This document shows, in pieces, positions 54,406 to 64,000 of a DNA stretch of 64,000 nucleotides (its first letter is position 1; each line of letters begins with the position of its first letter). Source of the DNA: a virus (lineage: Duplodnaviria; Caudoviricetes); IMG/VR virus record IMGVR_UViG_3300025418_000839, positions 1-64,000 of that record; one strand, 5' to 3'. A program made the position numbers and the translations under genes. The notes beneath the pieces are model-generated. The model ran no database searches, was not told the origin of the DNA, and saw only the letters and a list, made by a program, of their open reading frames with translations.

Positions 54406-55965
54406 TTAATTTTTATTCAAATACTGTTTAATTTGCTCTTGTTCTACATCAGTTAGAGTATCTGGATCATAACGACCAGCTTCTAATTCTTCTACTAAAT
54501 GTCGAATATACGCTTCTTCATAAGCATACACGTCTGTTTGACGTTTGTCAACCTCTATCCAACGATTTCCGTTGTATTTGAACAAACGATTTGGTAAGTA
54601 ATCTGTCCGAAGATACACATCGCCCTTACCAGGATTAGCCGGGAAAGTATTACCAAAATCCGAATGGCTGGCTTTACCCAAATTGGGTGTGTTATCTGCT
54701 TGTGCTACCAAATGTGTGTGCATGACTCCGCGGTTGCGTCCAGGTGCTGCTTCTAAGTTTACTCGGGGTGGAGGAGTTGGTTCTGGTACAGGCTCCGGTG
54801 TTGGCTCAGGTTCTGGTGTTACCTGTAGATCAACGTTTGATTCTGGTACCGCTATACGAGTAATAAGAACGGGTTCTTCATCGACTTCTTCTACTGTTTC
54901 TTCTTTGGGTTTGCCAAAAACGCTGGACATTGGGAAACTAAATCCTGACCAAAGAGGCTTTGTTTCTTCTACTGGTAATTCTTCTTCGGGTTCTGGGTCA
55001 TTATGTACTACTAGTGCACCTTCTGAATAATCAGTCCAATCTGGAATTTCTGTTTCACGATCAAATACAGGTTCAAGATCTTCGTAGGTAGTTACAAATG
55101 AAGAGTCTAGCTCAAGTTCAGCAACGGTTTTCTTTTTAAAACGATCACGGATGCGTGCTAAAAACTTGGGCAGTTTAATTTCTGTTTTTGGTTCTTGTTT
55201 AAGTTGTTCACCACGCGACCATGCAAAGGTCATCTGACTTGCTAACAACATAATAACTGCCAATGGATCAAATACAATAACAATAAGGATAATGATCCAG
55301 GTCACTGCACGTTCCAGCATTGATGCATCTGGAGTGGTACCATACACAAATGCAGCAATGTATTTGATGGGTCCTACCTCGGCATCTACCTTACGCACTT
55401 CAGCACGTATGGGAGCGGCTTCATCGTTTAACTTACTGATGATTGTTTGGTTAGCTTCAATGTCTCGAGCCAAGGCCGCACGATCACGCTTTTGGCTGTT
55501 GCGAATAGCATTAGCCTTGTCAGCACCCGTTTCACTTGTGCTTCGAGCCAAGACCTGATCCACTGCGGCATCCATTTGTGATAACTGCTTACGATCGGCT
55601 TCGATGTTGCCACGTGCTGTGGTGATCTTTTCATCGTATATGGCAATTTTTGATTGTACATCACCCGACACCAGGTTTTGGTCATTGTGTGCTTTGGATA
55701 AGAAACCAAAAATACCCATACTTGTGATCAGCATCAAGACCGTAACGGCTGTGACCATATAGGTTTTCATTAGGCGTGGTACACGGCTCCAGTACTGTTT
55801 GATCCAGGTGGCACAGACCAATTTGGCCACTTCCAGACTCACACCCATAATCATAATAGGTACTGCCGCGGCAGAGAAAATTGCGGTAAGACCCACTACA
55901 CTATAGTAGATTGCAACAGAACTTATGGTAAGACCGGTTAAGAGTAATAGGTACGCAAGTATCAT
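54406..55965 (-). CDS. Membrane protein with coiled-coil and acidic Pro/Glu linker
   Basis: Three N-terminal TM segments, EVGPIKYIA, IVFDPLA and C-terminal GDVYLRTDYLPNRLFKY. Confidence 0.65.
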   Translation of the reverse strand: MILAYLLLLTGLTISSVAIYYSVVGLTAIFSAAAVPIMIMGVSLEVAKLVCATWIKQYWSRVPRLMKTYMVTAVTVLMLITSMGIFGFLSKAHNDQNLVSGDVQSKIAIYDEKITTARGNIEADRKQLSQMDAAVDQVLARSTSETGADKANAIRNSQKRDRAALARDIEANQTIISKLNDEAAPIRAEVRKVDAEVGPIKYIAAFVYGTTPDASMLERAVTWIIILIVIVFDPLAVIMLLASQMTFAWSRGEQLKQEPKTEIKLPKFLARIRDRFKKKTVAELELDSSFVTTYEDLEPVFDRETEIPDWTDYSEGALVVHNDPEPEEELPVEETKPLWSGFSFPMSSVFGKPKEETVEEVDEEPVLITRIAVPESNVDLQVTPEPEPTPEPVPEPTPPPRVNLEAAPGRNRGVMHTHLVAQADNTPNLGKASHSDFGNTFPANPGKGDVYLRTDYLPNRLFKYNGNRWIEVDKRQTDVYAYEEAYIRHLVEELEAGRYDPDTLTDVEQEQIKQYLNKN

Positions 55966-55995
55966 AGTATGTATTTATTGAGTTTGAGCTCAGTA

Positions 55996-56024
55996 ATTGT
56001 ACTATAATGCAGGATCAATGTCAA
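55996..56024 (-). promoter_or_regulatory. sigma70-type promoter
   Basis: TTGACA-N17-TACAAT, with TAAATA also nearby. Confidence 0.6.
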
Positions 56025-56033
56025 GAGATTCGG

Positions 56034-59000
56034 TTAACTAATAGATTTAACCACGGCAAAGTTTATAACCAAAGCATCATTATGCCCGGCACCAGTGGCG
56101 TTATAAACATAAATGATAAAACTGCCTGCGGCTACTGCACCCACTGTTACCAAATATGTGGCGGCGGTTACCGGAGTCTGTAAATTTACAATGATTGAAT
56201 CATTTGAATTAACATAGCTATTATTAACTGTAAACGCATTAATAGTATAAGCACCAATGGTACCAGAGGCCATTGTAATTTGACCAGTGGCTCCATTGGC
56301 CGTTACCGCGGTTGTTTTGTTTGTTGATTGAGTTACACCACCGGCGGTATTGGACAATATCAAGTTACCGCCAACTTTGACATTACCAGTTACAGTAACC
56401 GTGCCGCCAACCGTTTCGTTAAGGGCAATGGCTACGTTACCAGCGGCGATGTTGCCTGAATACGTTGGCAAGTAAGAAGCCACGTTGGCGTTGGTATACA
56501 CTTGAGTTTGTAGTGTGGCAATGGCCGCATTGGCCGCTGTCACGTTGCTGTTGATTGAGTTGATCTGCGTTTGCTGTGTGCCTGCGTTGGCAGTCCATGC
56601 AGTAGAGACAGCATCCACATACCCCTTCATTGCAGTATTGGCTGTAACTATTGCGGCATTGGCACCAGCCACATTTGCCGCCATGGCCGAATTCAATGTG
56701 TTGACATAACTTACTACTGCTGAGTTGGCAGTGACTATTGCCGCATTGGCCCCAGTAATTTGATTTTGTAAACCAGCAACATTGGCATTGGCAAATAACT
56801 CGTAAGCACCTACGTTGGCCGATAGGGTTTGCATGGTGTTATTAACAGTAGTAATCTGACTATTAACATAACTGACCACATTGGTATTGGCTGTGGTAAT
56901 TGTGGTGTTAAGTGTTGATACTTGACCATCAACATAACTCTTTAAGCCAGTATTGGCAGTGACTATTGCCGCATTGGCACCCAAAATACTATTGTATAGG
57001 CCTGCGGTATTGGCATTGCTGAACGTCTCAAATGCACCTACATTGGCTGATAATGTTTGTACTGTAGATGCTGTAGCAAATGTAGCATTGGCATAAGTCT
57101 CAAATGCACCTACATTGGCCGTGATAGTTTGCAATGAGTTGTTGATGTTGGTAAACTGTCCGGTTGCGGCCGAGATAGTTCCGGTGCCAGCCGAAACGTT
57201 GCCAGCTGTGACATTGCCAGTGACACCCAAACTGGTCAAGGTACCAACCTGTGTGATGACAGATTGTATGGCATTGGTCACTGTGCCGGCTGTACCTGCC
57301 GAGGTTGCGGTTCCGTTCAAGGTGGCTGTTATGGTATTGGCATTGAAATTGCCCGACGCATCGCGACTCACAATGGTACTGGCTGTATTGGCACTGGTAG
57401 CATCTACACTTATAGTGATAGCACCGGTGGGTTGGTTTACTGATAGGTGTGTGCTGGCTGTCAGGCTGGTAAACAGGCCTGTGGGTGGAACATAGCTCCA
57501 GACCGAACCGTTGTAGATAACAAATCCGCCTTGTGCGTAGGCTTGATTACCAGCACCCAGATTCTGTGTGCCTGCTGTGCTGATTGAATATTCCCAACCT
57601 GCTGTGCCCGAACCATTGGCCAAATTTGGCGTGTTGGTGCTGGCGTCCCAGGCACCTTTGTAGACCACTCCGCCGGTTAAGCTGGGTGGAATCTGTGCGG
57701 CGGTCAAGTATCCGTTTGAGTCCAGGGTGGCCACACCCAAGCCAGAACCTTTTTGTGTGAGTGGAATACCGGCTGTGGTCTGTACCGAATTGTCTGTGGT
57801 GAATGTGAAAGCATTACCAGTAAAGCCTTGCCAGTCGATCGATCCTGAATTTACTGTACTAGTTGTGCCGGGCTGTGTGGTCCAGAAGTGTATGTCTGAA
57901 CCCTTGGCAGTATTGGTGTAGTTTTCTGTGGCACGGAAATCAATTCTGCTGCCACCCTGTGTGCCTAGTGCGGTATCAAAGGTGTTGGTACCGTAACCGG
58001 CACCGGCCACACGCAATAACACATCGCCGGATTGTGTAGCACTGGGGCTGGCGACATTGCCACGGGCCGAACGACCTTCGTATGTGGGGAACACACCAGT
58101 TCCAAATGCATCGTTAAGGTGTATGCCATTGTAGCCCGGAACTGCCACTGTGTGGAACAAGGTGTTGGTGTATTCGGTGGGCACGGTATTGGTCAGGGTG
58201 CCGTTGATGAGTAGTGCTGACTGAGTGTTCAAGTTTTGTGTACGGATTCGTACTGTACGACCAATGTCCAAAATGCCAGAGTCACCGGTGTTGCCAATTT
58301 GTATGTCTGTGCTGGGTGTTATGGATGTTAGAGTGGTGTTCAGGATAACCAAATTGCCCACGGCCAAGTTTTGTACACCGTTGATATATAAGGTTCCGTT
58401 GTTAACGCCCAACTGCACTTCGGCGTTGGTTACCGAATCGGCCAGCCACAGGCCACCTTGTCCGGCATAGACATTTTTCCAACGAAGAGTAGCAGTACCT
58501 AAATTGTAGGCCTGATCTGAAATGGGAACCACGTTGGCGGCATTGCTGATACCAGTGGATGCAATGGTCATACTGGGCACCGAGGCGTCACTACCCAAGG
58601 GTGTGGTATAAAATTGTACGCTGGTACCCAGCGTGGTAGCTGTTTGATCTTCCAGGGCCACAAAGTCCATGCGGGCTGTGGAGATTGAGGGCCAACCGGT
58701 GTTGCTGTAGGGTGTGGCACCGTACCGAGCAATAATATTGCCGCTTAGTACCTGTGTGGGTGCGTCAGCTGTGCCATTGTAACGACGACCAATGAATGCG
58801 GCATAGTTGTTGACCGAGTCATTGTAGATACGAGCCGGCAGGCTGTCCTGTCCGGTCAGGTGCAACAACACACCGGTATTTTGCGGAACAACTATCGCTC
58901 CATCGGCCGATCCAATAATGTCAATGGCACTATCAAAACTGATGTTGGGCACATAAAAGTTTAGTGTACCATTTTGTAGTGTTTCAATAATGGTACGACC

Positions 59001-59291
59001 TGAAGTGGTCAATGCGTTGAATGCACCAAGAATGTTTACGTTACCTGTGCCGTTGGTATCAAGATTTAGATCTTCATTGGTGTTGGCTGTGCTGATTGTG
59101 GCACCAGTAATCACAAGGTCACCAATGTTGGCATTGGTTACTGCTACCGCGGCAGCTTGTCCGCCTGGTGTAACTCCGTCGCTGATACGGAATCCTTTGA
59201 CGGGATCGTACCAGATACGACCTTTTTCGCCCACGTAGGCATTGGTGTTTCCGGCTTTGCTTAAACTTGTGAATAGTTTTTGAATTGCCAT
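56034..59291 (-). CDS. Tail fibre / receptor-binding-type structural protein
   Basis: N-terminal GEKGRIWYD...ISDGVTPGG, NLGTATLRWKNVY, GVATLDSNG, YKGAWDASTNTP and AN-rich coiled repeats. Confidence 0.75.
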   Translation of the reverse strand: MAIQKLFTSLSKAGNTNAYVGEKGRIWYDPVKGFRISDGVTPGGQAAAVAVTNANIGDLVITGATISTANTNEDLNLDTNGTGNVNILGAFNALTTSGRTIIETLQNGTLNFYVPNISFDSAIDIIGSADGAIVVPQNTGVLLHLTGQDSLPARIYNDSVNNYAAFIGRRYNGTADAPTQVLSGNIIARYGATPYSNTGWPSISTARMDFVALEDQTATTLGTSVQFYTTPLGSDASVPSMTIASTGISNAANVVPISDQAYNLGTATLRWKNVYAGQGGLWLADSVTNAEVQLGVNNGTLYINGVQNLAVGNLVILNTTLTSITPSTDIQIGNTGDSGILDIGRTVRIRTQNLNTQSALLINGTLTNTVPTEYTNTLFHTVAVPGYNGIHLNDAFGTGVFPTYEGRSARGNVASPSATQSGDVLLRVAGAGYGTNTFDTALGTQGGSRIDFRATENYTNTAKGSDIHFWTTQPGTTSTVNSGSIDWQGFTGNAFTFTTDNSVQTTAGIPLTQKGSGLGVATLDSNGYLTAAQIPPSLTGGVVYKGAWDASTNTPNLANGSGTAGWEYSISTAGTQNLGAGNQAYAQGGFVIYNGSVWSYVPPTGLFTSLTASTHLSVNQPTGAITISVDATSANTASTIVSRDASGNFNANTITATLNGTATSAGTAGTVTNAIQSVITQVGTLTSLGVTGNVTAGNVSAGTGTISAATGQFTNINNSLQTITANVGAFETYANATFATASTVQTLSANVGAFETFSNANTAGLYNSILGANAAIVTANTGLKSYVDGQVSTLNTTITTANTNVVSYVNSQITTVNNTMQTLSANVGAYELFANANVAGLQNQITGANAAIVTANSAVVSYVNTLNSAMAANVAGANAAIVTANTAMKGYVDAVSTAWTANAGTQQTQINSINSNVTAANAAIATLQTQVYTNANVASYLPTYSGNIAAGNVAIALNETVGGTVTVTGNVKVGGNLILSNTAGGVTQSTNKTTAVTANGATGQITMASGTIGAYTINAFTVNNSYVNSNDSIIVNLQTPVTAATYLVTVGAVAAGSFIIYVYNATGAGHNDALVINFAVVKSIS
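56510..57140 (-). repeat. Internal repeats in the fibre gene
   Basis: ANVGAFE/ANVGAYE x3 and GANAAIVTAN x3. DNA repeats such as GTCTCAAATGCACCTACATTGGC and GCAGTGACTATTGCCGCATTGGC. Confidence 0.8.
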
Positions 59292-59293
59292 AA

Positions 59294-59905
59294 TTAAATT
59301 TCTTCTCTTAACATTTTACATTTTTCAAAGTGATATTGTTTCATCTGCGGCAATCCACCAATTTTATTGCAATGAGGACATTCAACTTTGGGTTTTGGCT
59401 TTTTCAATTTATTACGCTCTAATTCAGTCCAGACTCTGCCAGGTTTCCCTGCATTAACACCTATCAATGATTTTGAAACTTTTTCCTTGTGCCACTCTGC
59501 TAAAGGTCTGCCTTTAAGTGGACTTGGTTTACCTAATTTTTTTAGTGTCTTTAATCTTTTAGCAATAGATTTTGAAAGTTGTTTTCTACCTTTAAGGGTA
59601 TTTGAAATCTTATTACGGAGTTCTTCTGTTAAAATTCTACCAGAACACCCTTCGCCACCATTAGTCATATTTCTTAATATACCAGTACCTAAATCTTTAC
59701 GACCATATTTTTCTATTAGATTTATTTCTAATTCAAAAGCATCAATTTCACTTAAATTTTCTGCTAATATTTTAATTTTAGATTTATCTTTCGGTACTAC
59801 AACCGAATGTTTATGATCCCAAGCTCGATTGCCCTTTCCTTTACCAATATAGTAAGGTGTGTCGTTGGATTTTCTTAAATAGGCATAAACGTAATACGTG
59901 TTCAT
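59294..59905 (-). mobile_element. Free-standing GIY-YIG homing endonuclease with NUMOD3-like repeats
   Basis: YVYAYLR...PYYIGKG...ILRNMTNGGEG, KISNTLKG/KVSKSLIG and C-terminal CPHC...HFEKC. Very AT-rich and lies between structural genes. Confidence 0.85.
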
Positions 59906-59915
59906 GTTATCTATT

Positions 59916-60308
59916 TTACGATTCAAAAGGTTCGTCTTCGTCAGCTATAGCGATAACTGCTGGTTTGATTCCTGCGTTCTGACGCATGATTGCAAGTTCG
60001 TCTGGCTCGCACTCGCATGGTTCGCAACCACAAGCAGAACAGTGACCTTCATCACCGTCAATGGCAACATCAGTGTGTGGAACTTCTACACCAGCTAGTT
60101 TTTTCATTAAATCTAATTTCTGTTGCAGGGGAGCAACCATCGAACGGGTATTAACCTGTGCTTGACCTTCAATACCATGAGTGTCAACGGGTTCACTAAC
60201 TTCAACGTCAACAACTTCTGGACGGTTAGTAACTTGTGTTTGGCTTTGGCCTGAGTCTTTAGCATCAATTACATCTGCTAGTTTACGTAGAATTTCACTT
60301 GCTCTCAT
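59916..60308 (-). CDS. Acidic protein with MRASEI N-terminus (probable head-associated)
   Basis: MRASEILR, PLQQKLDLMKK, CSACGCEPCEC and LAIMRQNAGI. Confidence 0.6.
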   Translation of the reverse strand: MRASEILRKLADVIDAKDSGQSQTQVTNRPEVVDVEVSEPVDTHGIEGQAQVNTRSMVAPLQQKLDLMKKLAGVEVPHTDVAIDGDEGHCSACGCEPCECEPDELAIMRQNAGIKPAVIAIADEDEPFES

Positions 60309-60320
60309 ATCGTTCTTTCA

Positions 60321-60650
60321 TTAACCTGCTGTATATACGTTACCAGTTTTGGCTGTTGTGTTACCCGCCGCAAAATCGTTTACATATCCGCTAGCGGCCA
60401 CGTTGCCAACTTGGGTAATTGTAATAGCTGCTGAGGCACCGCCTACTGGCAACAAGCTCAGAGTATTAAATAGGCCCTGCATATTGATATCGTTTTTTCT
60501 ATTAGGTAAAACGCTGACAGGGTTGGACTGTGTAGCTGAGCCATTGATATTAGCATAGCAGGCCACGTTAGAAAATACAGTAACTTTAGTACTGTTAATC
60601 TGCGGTGTGGTGATAGCAGTCGATGTATTGTATGTTAAGGTGTATGCCAT
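60321..60650 (-). CDS. Small structural-type protein
   Basis: Thr/Asn/Ala-rich, with ATAAATA and AGGA upstream. Confidence 0.55.
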   Translation of the reverse strand: MAYTLTYNTSTAITTPQINSTKVTVFSNVACYANINGSATQSNPVSVLPNRKNDINMQGLFNTLSLLPVGGASAAITITQVGNVAASGYVNDFAAGNTTAKTGNVYTAG

Positions 60651-60685
60651 TCTTTAAATTCCTAGGTATTAGTGTTATTTATCTG

Positions 60686-62548
60686 TTAGAACCCTGCTGC
60701 TTTAAGTCTTGCGGCCAGCTGATCCAGTGCTGAACTAACTGTGGTAACGTTGCTGGTCCAGTTTCTATAGTTGCCCATGGTGTATAGTATGGAAGCAATA
60801 TTTGCAGTACCAGAACTTTGAATATTTCCCAGAGATGCTGTAAAATAAACCACGGCCGTATTTGCTTGTAAACTACCTGCTTCAACTAGGGGACTTTGGA
60901 TACTAGTATTTGATATAAAGAATGCCGGAGTAAATGCGTTGCCTGTTAGATTAATATTACCAGCTGAAACGTTACCACTATTGTGTAGCAGATAGCTAGA
61001 TACGTTTGCGTTGCTGTATGTTGTAAATGTAGCATTAGCATAAGTTTTAAATTGACTTAGGTTAGCATTTATTCCAACGATAGTTGTATCTGTTCCTGCG
61101 GCCAAGTAACTTGCTACATTGGAGTTTGCATATACTGTACTAGTTGTAGCAAACGCGGTGTTGGCATAATTTTTAAATTGTGTTAGATTAGAATTAATAC
61201 CAATAATAGTAGCATCTGATCCTGCGGCCAAATAACCAGCAACTCTGATATTGGCGTATACAATATTATCATTGTTGCCTGACCAATGTGCTCCTCCGGT
61301 AATAATAATATTACCAGTATTGACATTACCAAATGTACCTACCCCAGTAATTGTAATTGGACCTGTGGTTAAATTAGCTGATAAACTGGTAATAGCTGAT
61401 GTGTTATTAGCAATCGCAAGATTAGCGGCCTTAAGGTTAGCGTTAATCAAATTAACATTAGCGACCACAGCTGAATTTAAAGTGTTTACATAACTGACTA
61501 CGGCAGCATTGGATGAAACTATTGCGGTATTAGCAGCAGTAACGTTGGCATTGAGTAAATTAATTGCTACAGTATTATATTGACCGTTTACTGTGGCTGT
61601 ATAAATTGCACCATTGGCCGCTGTAACATTGGCATTCACCAAATTGATTAGATTTGCAGTATATGTTTGATTGTATGTATTGGCTGCAGTAATTAGTGAG
61701 TTAGTTGTTGCTACGTTAGCATTGACAGAGGATATTTGTCCTGCTTGGCTAGCGGCGTTAGCAAATAAAGCTGTAATATTCGCAGTTGCCAGACCAAGGT
61801 TAGCATCCAATGTTTGGATGTGTAGGTTTGCCGCTGTGATATTATTACCTAGAGTTACTTCATTTGCATTATTGGTTTGTATATCACTGTATAGTACTGC
61901 GGTATTTGATACCAGTGCAGCAATGGCCACATTAGCAGCGGCCACATTGGCGTTTACTGCTGGCAAACTGGTATTAATGATTGTTGTAATGTTATTACCC
62001 AATCCAGTGACATTGTTATTTGTATTAGATAGACCTGAGGTTAATGTAGATACATTACCTTGCAGGATAGTGATGTTAGCAGAGTTATTGTTAGTGTTAC
62101 CAGTAACTGAGTTAAGATGTGATTGTAAATTACCAGTATTAGCAACTAAGTTAGCAACGCCTACACTGAGTACACCAACGTTGGCATTGAGTGAATTAAT
62201 TTCTGTTTGTATTACAGAAACGTTAGCATTAGCAAAAGTTGAAGCTACACTGACCACATAAGCATTAGCCGCATTGGTAGCAGCTACTACGCTGGCATAA
62301 CTTGCAGCGCCCGCTACGTCATTGATAGTTAGTTGAACGGCGCCAGTTCTACCTGCTACACTAGTGACACCAGGATTATAGTATGCAGTAACATTAGCAT
62401 TACCGCTGGCAAATACTATAACATTAGCATTGGCAAAAGTTGCTAGATTAGCAAAGTTTTGATCAATTATTTGAAATGCGTTGCGTAAGGGTGTGCCGGT
62501 TCCATCGTTTGGGTGAGCACCGGTATAGACGTTAGCAAAAATACTCAT
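60686..62548 (-). CDS. Baseplate/fibre-type structural protein, Ala/Asn-rich
   Basis: PNDGTGTPLRNAF (T4 gp9/gp10-like N-terminus), VTSVAGRTGAV, a long coiled coil and ALDQLAAR. Confidence 0.75.
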   Translation of the reverse strand: MSIFANVYTGAHPNDGTGTPLRNAFQIIDQNFANLATFANANVIVFASGNANVTAYYNPGVTSVAGRTGAVQLTINDVAGAASYASVVAATNAANAYVVSVASTFANANVSVIQTEINSLNANVGVLSVGVANLVANTGNLQSHLNSVTGNTNNNSANITILQGNVSTLTSGLSNTNNNVTGLGNNITTIINTSLPAVNANVAAANVAIAALVSNTAVLYSDIQTNNANEVTLGNNITAANLHIQTLDANLGLATANITALFANAASQAGQISSVNANVATTNSLITAANTYNQTYTANLINLVNANVTAANGAIYTATVNGQYNTVAINLLNANVTAANTAIVSSNAAVVSYVNTLNSAVVANVNLINANLKAANLAIANNTSAITSLSANLTTGPITITGVGTFGNVNTGNIIITGGAHWSGNNDNIVYANIRVAGYLAAGSDATIIGINSNLTQFKNYANTAFATTSTVYANSNVASYLAAGTDTTIVGINANLSQFKTYANATFTTYSNANVSSYLLHNSGNVSAGNINLTGNAFTPAFFISNTSIQSPLVEAGSLQANTAVVYFTASLGNIQSSGTANIASILYTMGNYRNWTSNVTTVSSALDQLAARLKAAGF

Positions 62549-62588
62549 TATTTTTTAACCTTGTTATTGAGTATTTATCTAAAAAGAA

Positions 62589-62612
62589 GAAAGCCCGCAT
62601 AAAGCGAGCTTT
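62589..62612 (-). terminator. Probable terminator after uvsE
   Basis: GAAAGCCCGC-ATAAA-GCGAGCTTTC with a U-rich tail on the minus strand. Confidence 0.5.
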
Positions 62613-62650
62613 CCGGGTACTCCAAAGTGCCGTTCGGCTTACAAGTATAT

Positions 62651-63727
62651 TTACAAGTTTAACTCTTTTGCTTGCTCATATAGGGCAAAACTAGCTAGAT
62701 TTTTACCTTTTGATTCGCATTGTATATCAAAGTATGGCCAAAAACTCAATGCCCACTCGTTAACCTGACGATTCCAGTAAAAGTCTGAATGTGCTCGTAA
62801 CTTTGCTTTTTTGTAACCTTCTACCAAAAGTGCCGAGTGGTTGGGGGCAGTGAGTGGATCATGTCCCACAAGTACATCTTCGCGGCTGACACTATAATGC
62901 ATAGCAGGACGAACACCACGCCAGCTATCAATAACTCTCGCAACACGTTCGTCCCGTGGGCTAATGTACTCGCCTTCGCGTATCCAGTGATGATGAATAT
63001 CGAGCACAATAGGTACAATATCAGAAATGGTAAGACAATCATTTAACCCCCATGCGTTTTCTTCGTTTTCGATAGTGATACAATTACGGGCTTCTGGCGA
63101 TAGTCGCTGGTATGCACGGCGGATGCCATCTGGACCTTCTCTACCGGCAATATGTACGTTGATCTTAAAATCTTGGAATTCTTTGCCATAACCCATCCAA
63201 CGGGCCATATTGGTGTGATATTCGAACTCCTCTATGGACCTATCCACGATCCCAGGATTACTCGATGCAAGCACAGTAAACTGGCCAGGATGAAAACTAA
63301 GCCTAACATTCCGAGCCTTAGCAATAGCCCCCACTCTCGCAAACGCTTGTTCGGCGTATGATACAACAGAAGAATTGCGCCAAAAGTTAGAAAAATCACT
63401 ATGGGTATAGCAAGGAAGAATATCACTGCTAAGACGCACCATACGTAGAGACTCTGGGAGCTCACTGACCCGCTCCACTAGTAATCTTGTTGATTCGATG
63501 TTTTGAACCATTAGGTCCCATAATCGTTGCTCCGCTACTTCCCTTGTTTGATTATTTAACCATCTGACGGTGGTTGTTCCAGTATTATACTTACGTGCAT
63601 CGTCTTTGGGTTTAAGACCCCCAGTTTGATCAGGACGATCAATCCATTTGCAACAGAAGCCTATTCGTTTAGTGAATGCTTGGATTTTCAATCTCCCAGT
63701 AAGTTGAACCACGTTGTTCTGTTGCAA
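62651..63727 (-). CDS. uvsE: UV damage endonuclease UvsE
   Basis: RIGFCCK, RLSSD, RLSFHPGQF, IENEE, LDIHHH, HSD and ESKGKNLA. The true start is probably near 63690. Confidence 0.92.
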   Translation of the reverse strand: MQQNNVVQLTGRLKIQAFTKRIGFCCKWIDRPDQTGGLKPKDDARKYNTGTTTVRWLNNQTREVAEQRLWDLMVQNIESTRLLVERVSELPESLRMVRLSSDILPCYTHSDFSNFWRNSSVVSYAEQAFARVGAIAKARNVRLSFHPGQFTVLASSNPGIVDRSIEEFEYHTNMARWMGYGKEFQDFKINVHIAGREGPDGIRRAYQRLSPEARNCITIENEENAWGLNDCLTISDIVPIVLDIHHHWIREGEYISPRDERVARVIDSWRGVRPAMHYSVSREDVLVGHDPLTAPNHSALLVEGYKKAKLRAHSDFYWNRQVNEWALSFWPYFDIQCESKGKNLASFALYEQAKELNL

Positions 63728-63953
63728 TTATAGCATCTTCAAATCCCTGTTGCAAGTCTTGGCTACGTAGATCTATGGCTTGATCTAATACTTCAAGCAT
63801 AGCAACACCCACTTCATGATTTTCGGTATCTAGTAGGCTTTCACCGATGGCAACCAATTCATCAATCACAGCATCCAATTCTTGTACTGTGAGATCTTTG
63901 ACTGCTATAGTATTGTCAAGTACTCCGCGAATTATAGTTTCAGTATCTCTCAT
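63669..63953 (-). CDS. Acidic hypothetical protein
   Basis: ORF immediately upstream of, and overlapping, uvsE. Confidence 0.55.
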   Translation of the reverse strand: MRDTETIIRGVLDNTIAVKDLTVQELDAVIDELVAIGESLLDTENHEVGVAMLEVLDQAIDLRSQDLQQGFEDAIIATEQRGSTYWEIENPSIH

Positions 63954-64000
63954 TTTAAACTCATAATATGTTTTATCACGTCATTGGCTTCTGGAAATCC

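Noticed and set aside
56510-57140. Near-identical repeats in a fibre gene as a possible DGR template/variable pair
   Set aside because: The repeats are short, in-frame and internal, with no adenine-specific mismatch pattern seen and no reverse transcriptase in the window.
59294-59926. Group I intron around the GIY-YIG gene
   Set aside because: The flanking genes appear complete with their own starts and stops, and no non-coding space is left for a ribozyme core. The same applies to 684..1334.
61671-62261. Long plus-strand ORFs opposite structural or enzyme genes (also 26527..26982, 57115..57495, 59388..59816)
   Set aside because: They lie fully antisense to well-supported genes and are explained by codon bias.
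1-64000. Alternative genetic code (stop-codon reassignment), as seen in some large phages
   Set aside because: Known genes translate full-length in the standard code, coding density is high, and TAA, TAG and TGA all occur as genuine stops.
1-64000. Interpretation as a bacterial chromosome or prophage because of ahpC, clpP, rpsU, ugd and csgG
   Set aside because: The host-like genes are isolated among phage hypotheticals, fibres and TAAATA late promoters, without their usual bacterial operon partners. No integrase or host junction is seen.

Overview
This is an AT-rich, densely coding, mostly minus-strand window from a large (jumbo-type) lytic dsDNA tailed phage. It has sigma70-type early promoters and T4-like (A)TAAATA late promoters. 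A circularly permuted two-piece tmRNA (tag ANDEQFALAA) and other cues point to a betaproteobacterial host, which is an inference. The best candidate for an undescribed system is a tightly coupled 8-gene operon at 9648-15748. It encodes a radical SAM/SPASM enzyme, a membrane desaturase, a protein with an extremely Asn/Cys-rich (NC, NxxC, CxxC) core, an unknown protein and four Fe(II)/2OG-type oxygenases including an Asp/Asn beta-hydroxylase, and it looks like a phage RiPP-like or virion-protein maturation pathway. Other notable content: a curli-like module (CsgF, CsgG, curlins, FecR, autotransporter, CHASE2 cyclase) preceded by a stand-alone copy of the cyclase C-terminal region; an amidoligase/GGCT/GNAT/HAD operon with MRxxE-type N-termini; an amidinotransferase/UDP-glucose dehydrogenase cluster; and a ROSE-like leader shared by hsp20 and a phasin-like gene. 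The window also has repeated promoter/operator cassettes, host-like genes (ahpC/ahpD, clpP, clpS, hsp20, bS21, uvsE), two free-standing GIY-YIG endonucleases and Ala/Asn-rich fibre proteins. All calls come from reading motifs by eye; no database searches were run.
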